Below are positions 1 through 5,512 of a DNA stretch of 8,316 nucleotides, piece by piece; the stretch's first letter is position 1, and each line of letters starts with the position of its first letter. This DNA comes from Allobaculum fili (GTDB lineage: Bacteria > Bacillota_I > Bacilli_A > Erysipelotrichales > Erysipelotrichaceae). The notes under the pieces are model-generated. The model worked only from the letters and a program-made list of their open reading frames with translations. It did no database searches and had not been told where the DNA came from. The position numbers were made by a program, and so were the translations under genes. Location of the stretch: positions 1 to 8,316 of the forward strand of contig NZ_JAHDSX010000066.1 in assembly GCF_020969955.1 (NCBI RefSeq), read 5' to 3'.

Positions 1-33
1 GATCCGAAGTATGAAGAAAACGATGAAGAATAA
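1..33 (+). CDS. 3' end of an upstream CDS entering from the left edge (...DPKYEENDEE*); product unknown
   Basis: Frame 1 is open from the window edge to TAA at 31-33, and a long hairpin (37-78) starts 4 nt later. Only 10 codons are visible, so coding status cannot really be tested. Confidence 0.3.
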   Translation, partial: DPKYEENDEE

Positions 34-36
34 AAA

Positions 37-78
37 ATACGCCAAGCGGGATCTCGAAAGGGATCCCGTTTAGCGTAT
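37..78. terminator. Interrupted hairpin with GAAA tetraloop between convergent transcription units
   Basis: Outer stem is ATACGC(37-42)/GCGTAT(73-78). Inner stem is CGGGATCTC(47-55)/GGGATCCCG(60-68), 9 bp including one G-U, closing a GAAA loop (56-59). The A-run at 32-36 supplies a U-run for minus-strand transcripts; only TTT follows on the plus strand. Confidence 0.45.
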
Positions 79-148
79 CTAATATTCAGTCTCGCGTATA
101 CCCGTCGATTGTTTGACACTTACAAAAAAGCGGTTTCACTACTGTGAA

Positions 149-175
149 TATAAAAAAGGACGCCGCAGCGTCCTT
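149..175 (-). terminator. Rho-independent terminator of the rnf operon
   Basis: On the minus strand this reads AAGGACGC-UGCG-GCGUCCUU followed by UUUUAUAUUC. The stem is 156-163/168-175 and the loop 164-167. It starts 18 nt after the rnfB stop codon (194-196). Confidence 0.85.
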
Positions 176-193
176 CTGTATTCTGTATCGAAA

Positions 194-502
194 TTAACCT
201 TTGATCGTAACGGTTTTTCCGTCTGGACCCGGTGTGTTTTTCAGGTAGTCGATAATTTCGGCTTTGGCATCCGCTTTGCACGGTTTGCACTTCCAGGAGT
301 CGGTATCTCCGCTGACCATGGCGTCCGCGAAACCGCTGCAGCCTGGATAGCCGCAGCCGCCGCAGTTGTAGCCTGGCAGCTTGGAGGTAACAAACTCAAC
401 ACGCGTATCGGGTTCCACATGGAATACTTTGGCAGCGACGCCAAGTCCTGCGCCCAGAATGGCGCCCAGAACGAGCATCATCAGAATAGCCTGTACCATC
501 AT
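194..502 (-). CDS. rnfB: Rnf complex subunit B, short form: N-terminal TM helix plus RnfB-type Cys-cluster domain only, no ferredoxin-type 4Fe-4S domains
   Basis: The 102 aa product has a hydrophobic N-terminus (AILMMLVLGAILGAGLGVAA). This is followed by the RnfB N-terminal signature LPGYNCGGCGYPGCSGFADAMVSG...WKCKPC; compare E. coli RsxB ...[21 protein letters not shown]...RCAPGG. It is the last gene of an rnfCDGEA cluster. A GAGG RBS lies 4 nt before ATG 502 and 7 nt before ATG 499, so either ATG may be the start. Confidence 0.75.
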   Translation of the reverse strand: MMVQAILMMLVLGAILGAGLGVAAKVFHVEPDTRVEFVTSKLPGYNCGGCGYPGCSGFADAMVSGDTDSWKCKPCKADAKAEIIDYLKNTPGPDGKTVTIKG

Positions 503-508
503 GTGACC

Positions 509-691
509 TCAACTTTCTTCTTTAGGATGGTTCGGGCACGAGAGATCCCGGCAGCCCGAACAGTCCGGAGTGAGATTTTCGCATCCTTCCGGCTTCGGTG
601 TCTTTCTGTTTTTAAGAAACAGGAAGACATACAGACCGACCAGCGCTCCGAAAAACAGGATCGCCAGAAGAATACGTCCGATGTTATCCAT
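509..691 (-). CDS. Small single-pass membrane protein with a C-terminal 4-Cys cluster (C37-x6-C44-x2-C47-x4-C52-P); resembles the FeoB-associated Cys-rich membrane protein class and the NqrM architecture
   Basis: The 60 aa product has one TM helix (ILLAILFFGALVGLYVFLFL), then the positive patch KNRKTPK, then GCENLTPDCSGCRDLSCP. Its ATG (689-691) overlaps the rnfA stop (691-693) as TAATG. An AGGA lies 8 nt upstream. Its stop is 6 nt before the rnfB ATG and contains the rnfB RBS. Confidence 0.6.
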   Translation of the reverse strand: MDNIGRILLAILFFGALVGLYVFLFLKNRKTPKPEGCENLTPDCSGCRDLSCPNHPKEES

Positions 692-1269
692 TAAATGATT
701 CCTGTCAGTCCGGAGAAGGCCATGGCCATGAGGCCGGCAACGATCAGAGCGACAGGGTTGCCTTTAAAGCAGGCAGGAACATCAGCGGTATCGAGACGTT
801 CGCGGATGCAGGAGAAGATGTACAGCACCAGAGCGAAGCCTAACGGAGTACCGATTGTGTATACGAGCATGTGTGCAATGTCGTATCCGTTGGAGATGTT
901 AACCAGGCAGACGTTGAGTACAACGCAGTTGGTCGTGATCAGCGGCAGATAAACACCTAGGGATTTGTACAGAGCAGGTGACTTCTTTTTGAGGAACATT
1001 TCCGTGAGCTGTACAAGCGAAGCGATAACAAGAATAAAAGTAACCAGGTCCATGTATTCCAGTTTGAGAGGAACAAGAACCAGGTAGTAAAGCGCGTAGG
1101 TTACAACACCGGCTGCGAAAATGACGAAGACAACCGCCATGCCCATGCCCAGCGCGCTCGATTTCTTTCTGGATACACCCATGAACGGGCAGAGACCCAG
1201 GAACTGGTTCAGAATCGCGTTGTTGAGCAGAACGGAAGTGATCAGAAGAGCAATCAGTTCACCGATCAT
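691..1269 (-). CDS. rnfA: Rnf complex subunit A (polytopic membrane subunit, NqrE homologue)
   Basis: The 192 aa product is highly hydrophobic. The N-terminus ...LLNNAILNQFLGLCPFMGVS... is typical of RnfA/NqrE. Its position follows rnfE. Confidence 0.95.
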   Translation of the reverse strand: MIGELIALLITSVLLNNAILNQFLGLCPFMGVSRKKSSALGMGMAVVFVIFAAGVVTYALYYLVLVPLKLEYMDLVTFILVIASLVQLTEMFLKKKSPALYKSLGVYLPLITTNCVVLNVCLVNISNGYDIAHMLVYTIGTPLGFALVLYIFSCIRERLDTADVPACFKGNPVALIVAGLMAMAFSGLTGII

Positions 1270-1272
1270 ACA

Positions 1273-1971
1273 TTAAGCCGCCTTTCCGGCTGCCGCTGCT
1301 TTAGCGGCTGCCTCTTTCTGTGCTTTCTGGGCAGCTTCTTCTTTTTTGGCTGCATGGCTCTTATAGGCTGTCAGTGCAGCAGCCAGGCAGGCAAAGGTAA
1401 CAAAGGCACCCACCGGAGAACCAAACAGAGAAATGGTAAAGCTTTCCGGAATCAGAGTAATGGAGAAGAGCGTCTGCGCCTCGTTGAACGGGTTGGTCAT
1501 GGACAGAACGCCAGTGGACAGAATCTGACGGATCAGAGACATGGCCAGTACGGCGAGCAGATAGCCAAGACCCATTCCCAGACCGTCGAGTGCGGAATCC
1601 CATACACCGTTTTTGGAAGCGAAGGCTTCGGCACGGCCAAGGATGATGCAGTTTACAACGATCAGCGGAATGAAGACGCCAAGAGAAGTATCCAGAGCCG
1701 AGGCATACGCCTTAATCAGCAGCTGGATAATTTTTACAAGCGTAGCGATGATGACGATATAAACCGGGATACGGATATCGTCGGGAACAAGCTTGCGGAT
1801 TGCGGAAATGATCATGTTGGAAACAATCAGAACGCAGATTACCGCAACACCCATACCAATCGCATTGTTAAGACTTGTGGTAATGGCCAGAGTAGAGCAA
1901 AGGCCAAGGTACAGTCCGAAAACAGGGTTTTCCTTGATCAGACCGTTTTTGAAGTTTTGCATTCGATTCAT
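1273..1971 (-). CDS. rnfE: Rnf complex subunit E (polytopic membrane subunit, NqrD homologue) with an Ala/Lys-rich C-terminal tail
   Basis: The 232 aa product contains ...GLIKENPVFGLYLGLCSTLAITTSL..., typical of RnfE/NqrD. An AGGAG RBS overlaps the rnfG stop, 8 nt before ATG 1971. Confidence 0.95.
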   Translation of the reverse strand: MNRMQNFKNGLIKENPVFGLYLGLCSTLAITTSLNNAIGMGVAVICVLIVSNMIISAIRKLVPDDIRIPVYIVIIATLVKIIQLLIKAYASALDTSLGVFIPLIVVNCIILGRAEAFASKNGVWDSALDGLGMGLGYLLAVLAMSLIRQILSTGVLSMTNPFNEAQTLFSITLIPESFTISLFGSPVGAFVTFACLAAALTAYKSHAAKKEEAAQKAQKEAAAKAAAAGKAA

Positions 1972-1982
1972 CTGACGGTCTC

Positions 1983-2510
1983 CTATTCTACTTCAGAAGC
2001 CAGCTCTGCACATTTGTTAATGGCATCGACTACAGGCTGAGAAGTCCTTGTGGCACCGGAAATGGTATCGAGTTCTCCGGCAGCATCCTTTCCGATAATG
2101 GACTGCGCAAACGGCTCATCCATAATCTGCGAACCGATGCCTTTGGTGTCGCCGTTGGAAATGGCCTTGAAGGCGCTGATCGTTCCGTCGTCATTGTTAA
2201 TGCCGACAAGGAACGTGGTTCCGCCGTCATAGCCGGCTACAGTGCACTTGAAGATGACAATATTTCCTTCATAGGTGTAAACGCCTTCGACTTCCGGGTT
2301 GTCCGGTGTGATGTCGGCGGTATCTACGACCTTGAAGTCGTCCACGGAAGCTTCCGGATACATTTCCAGAAGCGAAGCCTTTTCGGCTTTTTCATCATTG
2401 GACTTGATGACCGGAGCGGTCATGGAGTTGGCAAAGGAGAGCGCGCCGCCTGCGATGGCAGCAACGACGGCCAGGAAGATGGCCAGGTAAGCTGGACTGT
2501 CTTTTTTCAT
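1983..2510 (-). CDS. rnfG: Rnf complex subunit G (membrane-anchored, covalent-FMN subunit, NqrC homologue)
   Basis: The 175 aa product has an N-terminal anchor helix. It carries the FMN_bind-type motif DTKGIGSQI and the flavinylation motif LDTISGATRTS. The acceptor is Thr154, codon 2049-2051. Confidence 0.9.
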   Translation of the reverse strand: MKKDSPAYLAIFLAVVAAIAGGALSFANSMTAPVIKSNDEKAEKASLLEMYPEASVDDFKVVDTADITPDNPEVEGVYTYEGNIVIFKCTVAGYDGGTTFLVGINNDDGTISAFKAISNGDTKGIGSQIMDEPFAQSIIGKDAAGELDTISGATRTSQPVVDAINKCAELASEVE

Positions 2511-2513
2511 GAC

Positions 2514-3680
2514 TTACGCCCCCTTCCCTTCGTTTTCTGTATTCATTACGAGTACAGCGGTTTCCTTCAGTTCAGACGGAATGGCTCTCTGCGGTTTTTC
2601 CGTAGCACCATAGAAGCCGACGCACACGGCAAATACAGCAGCGCAGGCAATCATGGTCCAGGCCTTTTTCATCTGTTTGAGCTGCGGAGCGTCCAGAGCG
2701 GATTCAATCATCGGCGTGAAGGTATTCATGATCAGAATGGAGTACATGCATCCTTCCGGCAGGTTGCCTTTTACACGAATCAGAACGGTAATGGCCGCTG
2801 CGCACATCGCAAAGAAAATGCGTCCGGATGGAACGGTCGGCATCGTTACCGGATCGGTCAGCATGAATACGCCGCCGAAAATAACGCCGCCCGTCAGCAG
2901 GTGAAGCAGAGGGTACCAGATGAATCCGGGAACACCGTGCCAGGATTCGATTCCGGTCGCAATGGCGATAATCATGGAGATCACCGCGATGGTTCCAAGA
3001 TAGAACACAGGAATACGCCAGTCGATGACGTTTTTGACAATAAGCCAGATGCCGATCAGAAGGATCAGCAGAGACATCGTTTCACCGATTGCACCAGGGT
3101 AGAAGCCCATGAACAGGCTCGACCATCCGCCTACGGAATCGAGGTAGGCATCCAGCGCCGCTTCGGTTCCCGGCAGCCAGTTGAAGGCGTTGGCCATCAG
3201 CGTAGTCGGGGTTGCACTGGTTGTAACCAGAGACGCGGTCGCTGCACCGGAGAAGGAAGCAAAGATGACTGCACGGCCTACAGCAGCCGGGTTGAAAATG
3301 TTAAATCCAAATCCGCCGAACACCAGACGGCCAAATACGATCGCAAAGATCGTCGCGATAATTACCGCATAAGGCGGGATGGTGATCGGGCACATCATAA
3401 CGAGAATCAGGGACGTTACCCATCCAAAGGAGTGGGTGATGAAATCCTTGATGTTCTCTTTCTTTACTTTCGCAAAGATAGCTTCGCACACGAAGGTGGT
3501 GATCAGCGAGCAGCCTAGAAGCAGAAGCGCCTGCAGACCGAACGCTGCACCCCAGCGAACGAAGTAATAAATATCGGAAGCCGCAAACACAATCAGAAGA
3601 CCAATGGTCAGATTGCGCATGATTTTCTGCGTGGAATTCGACGACTGAAGGTTCGGGCTTACATGAAAGGCAAATTTCAT
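2514..3680 (-). CDS. rnfD: Rnf complex subunit D (polytopic membrane subunit, NqrB homologue) with a C-terminal extension
   Basis: The 388 aa product is polytopic. It has the N-terminal VSPNLQSSNSTQKIM (the SPH...S...IM region of RnfD/NqrB), FNIFNPAAVGR, and a candidate FMN acceptor VTTSATPTT (Thr157, codon 3210-3212). A GAGGGA RBS lies upstream of ATG 3680. Confidence 0.93.
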   Translation of the reverse strand: MKFAFHVSPNLQSSNSTQKIMRNLTIGLLIVFAASDIYYFVRWGAAFGLQALLLLGCSLITTFVCEAIFAKVKKENIKDFITHSFGWVTSLILVMMCPITIPPYAVIIATIFAIVFGRLVFGGFGFNIFNPAAVGRAVIFASFSGAATASLVTTSATPTTLMANAFNWLPGTEAALDAYLDSVGGWSSLFMGFYPGAIGETMSLLILLIGIWLIVKNVIDWRIPVFYLGTIAVISMIIAIATGIESWHGVPGFIWYPLLHLLTGGVIFGGVFMLTDPVTMPTVPSGRIFFAMCAAAITVLIRVKGNLPEGCMYSILIMNTFTPMIESALDAPQLKQMKKAWTMIACAAVFAVCVGFYGATEKPQRAIPSELKETAVLVMNTENEGKGA

Positions 3681-3692
3681 TCTCGTATCCCT

Positions 3693-5003
3693 CTACTTTC
3701 TCTTCGCCTTCATAGCCATCGTACGCTTGGCTTTGCGGACATTTTCGGTAACCTGAATGTGGCTTGGGCAGACATAGGTGCACAGGCCGCATTCGATACA
3801 GAGCATCGCACCGCGTTTTTCCATTTCCACGGTGTCGTTGGCCTTGACCGCATTGGAAATGCGAACCGGCTGCAGGCCCATCGGGCAGTGTGCGGTACAG
3901 CGTCCGCAACGCATGCAGGTCATTTCCGGCTCGTTTTCGTTTTTCAGAACGGTGATCGCGTTCATGGCGCGGTCAATGCAGATCTGATCGGAAACCATGG
4001 CCTTGCCCATCATTGGACCGCCGGCAATCAGCTTGAGCGAATCCACTTTTTCGATGAAGCCGCCGAGCTGTTCGATGATTTCCGCCACGCACATGCCGAC
4101 CGGTACAAAAACGTTTACCGGATACTTCAGCCCTTCACCGGAGAAGGTTACGTATTTCTTGGAGAGCGCTTCGCCGTTTTCAAAAGCGTGCGCAACCAGA
4201 ATCGCGGTTTCCGCGTTGTTTACGATAACGCCGCATTCGCCAGGGAGACGATCGTATTCTCTCTTGAGAATCGTACGGATCAGGGTACGTTCGCCGCCCA
4301 TTGGGTAGACATCGGGTACAGGGGTTACTTCGATGCCGGCTGCGTTTTCACGGCTGATTTCTTCACGGATGTAGTTAATCAGGTCCGGGTGCGTTTTCTT
4401 GACACCGATTTTTACGGTTTTGACTTCTGCCATTTTCTGCAGAATGCGCACGCCATGTACGAAGTCCTGTACTTCATCCATGATGCATTTGTAGTCCGCG
4501 GTAATATACGGTTCACATTCCACGGCGTTGATAATGAGGGTGTCGATTTTTTCCACGTTCAGATACTTCACGTAGGTCGGGAAGCCGGCACCGCCCTGAC
4601 CGATGATACCGGCGTTCTTAACAAATTCGACCATCTCTTCGTGACTCGCGCGAGTCCAGTCAAGCGGTTCAAAAGCCTGCTGTTTTTCCTGGACAGCATC
4701 CAGCTCAATCACCATGTGCGGCTGAGGTTTCAGACTGTTATGAGGCCGTTTGACAGTTCCTTTGTAGATACCGGAAACCGAAGAGTAAACAGGAACCGGA
4801 AATGCCGATTTGGTATTGGCAAGACGGGTACCGATCTTTACGTGGTCTCCTTCATTGACGAGGATTTCAACCTGCGAATTGTTGCCTGCGAAAAGAGGAA
4901 TATAAACTTCCTTTTTCGGCATGAGAGTTTTCGCATCGCTGTGATCCGTCAATCCTTTTCTACCAGGGATGTGCTGACACATTGGCCCTAATAAAAGTGA
5001 CAT
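3693..5003 (-). CDS. rnfC: Rnf complex subunit C (NADH/FMN-binding, 2x[4Fe-4S])
   Basis: The product contains GIIGQGGAGFPTYVKY and two CxxCxxCxxxCP motifs (CMRCGRCTAHCP, CIECGLCTYVCP). The ORF runs to 5063, but I place the start at ATG 5001-5003 (MSLLLGP..., 436 aa). An AGGAAG RBS sits 6 nt upstream of that ATG, and the extra 20 codons overlap the predicted promoter. Confidence 0.93.
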   Translation of the reverse strand: MSLLLGPMCQHIPGRKGLTDHSDAKTLMPKKEVYIPLFAGNNSQVEILVNEGDHVKIGTRLANTKSAFPVPVYSSVSGIYKGTVKRPHNSLKPQPHMVIELDAVQEKQQAFEPLDWTRASHEEMVEFVKNAGIIGQGGAGFPTYVKYLNVEKIDTLIINAVECEPYITADYKCIMDEVQDFVHGVRILQKMAEVKTVKIGVKKTHPDLINYIREEISRENAAGIEVTPVPDVYPMGGERTLIRTILKREYDRLPGECGVIVNNAETAILVAHAFENGEALSKKYVTFSGEGLKYPVNVFVPVGMCVAEIIEQLGGFIEKVDSLKLIAGGPMMGKAMVSDQICIDRAMNAITVLKNENEPEMTCMRCGRCTAHCPMGLQPVRISNAVKANDTVEMEKRGAMLCIECGLCTYVCPSHIQVTENVRKAKRTMAMKAKRK

Positions 5004-5034
5004 ACTTTTCTTCCTTTCAATGCAGTTCAACCCA

Positions 5035-5063
5035 ATTTTAGTAACCATTGCATAGAAAATCAA
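5035..5063 (-). promoter_or_regulatory. Candidate sigma70-type promoter of the rnf operon
   Basis: On the minus strand this reads TTGATT (5058-5063), a 17 nt spacer, then TAAAAT (5035-5040). That gives a leader of about 30 nt to the rnfC RBS. Prediction is by eye only. Confidence 0.45.
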
Positions 5064-5388
5064 ATGCGGCTAACACATTTATTTGACAATTCGTATCTGG
5101 TGTCTGCGGATTGTGGATTCCCTGTCGAACGCATCCAGGACTTTGCCTTCCCCATACAGAGCGATACAGAGCGCCAAAGCGCATGCCCAGACCTTTCCCT
5201 GCAGACGTCAGAATGGAAAATTTGCAGAGTCGAGCCGAATTTTCGACATACGGGAAGTCTTGCTTAAACGGAAGCCCTGTTTCAAAATCCGGTATACTGT
5301 TACCGGTCTGCCTGCGCATTCTGCAAAACAGACCAGTTCTCCTCGCGCAGATTCCGGTGCTATCCCTGCAACCTGGAAAAACGCCCTG

Positions 5389-5419
5389 ACGGAACACCAA
5401 ACGGAACCTCCAGACGGAT
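5389..5419 (+). repeat. Three phased direct repeats ACGGAAC / ACGGAAC / ACGGATT with 12 nt periodicity
   Basis: The copies start at 5389, 5401 and 5413. Related ACGGGAAG (5250) and ACGGAAG (5268) lie further upstream. All are in the apbE upstream region. Confidence 0.6.
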
Positions 5420-5512
5420 TCGTCCATTTCGGCGAGTTCGCAGTTCTTACGGCCTGCCCGGAGTTCCCTGCTTACGATCCATACTTACCCATATAAAATA
5501 GGAAAGAAAATT

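Noticed and set aside
113-153. Perfect TTGACA at 113-118 and TATAAA at 148-153 on the plus strand
   Set aside because: The spacing does not give a -35/-10 pair: 17 nt after TTGACA comes TCACTA. Any transcript from here would run antisense into rnfB through the terminator, so I treat it as chance.
113-3518. Other long plus-strand ORFs antisense to the rnf genes (113-694, 695-952, 1354-2040, 2050-2232, 2299-2490, 2653-2904, 2901-3518, 3181-3372, 3379-3567)
   Set aside because: All overlap well-supported rnf genes on the opposite strand. They have Arg/Gly/His/Gln-rich compositions and lack RBSs, and none shows a family motif.
3301-3909. 202 aa minus-strand ORF bridging the rnfD/rnfC junction in another frame, plus small same-strand alternates (241-444, 1361-1603, 2030-2230)
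   Set aside because: These are out-of-frame overlaps of genes whose annotated frames carry the diagnostic Rnf motifs. Their composition is Arg/Cys/His-rich and unprotein-like.
3663-4991. 442 aa plus-strand ORF covering almost all of rnfC in antisense
   Set aside because: It is a classic shadow ORF. It lies exactly antisense to a confidently identified gene. It has an F/R/H/V/D-skewed, unprotein-like composition, no RBS and no recognisable motif. The long open frame is explained by the codon bias of rnfC.
5004-5063. N-terminal 20-codon extension of the rnfC ORF (start at 5063, MIFYAMVTKIGLNCIERKKS...)
   Set aside because: There is no RBS before ATG 5063, whereas ATG 5003 has AGGAAG 6 nt upstream. 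The extension overlaps the best promoter candidate, and RnfC homology (GG-H-P...K..T region) begins right after Met at 5003.
5109-5128. TTGTGGATTCCCTGTCGAAC as a possible Rex (redox repressor) operator upstream of rnf
   Set aside because: Only the left half resembles the TTGTGAA-N4-TTCACAA type consensus. The right half (TCGAAC) does not, and the site lies upstream of the predicted promoter and does not overlap it.
5038-5496. Intergenic ORFs 5038-5427 (-), 5064-5267 (+), 5083-5496 (+, TTG start), 5111-5389 (+)
   Set aside because: They have no RBS and Arg/Pro/Ser/Cys-rich compositions. Mutually overlapping open frames on both strands are what moderately GC-rich non-coding DNA gives by chance. 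The region is kept as a non-coding finding instead.
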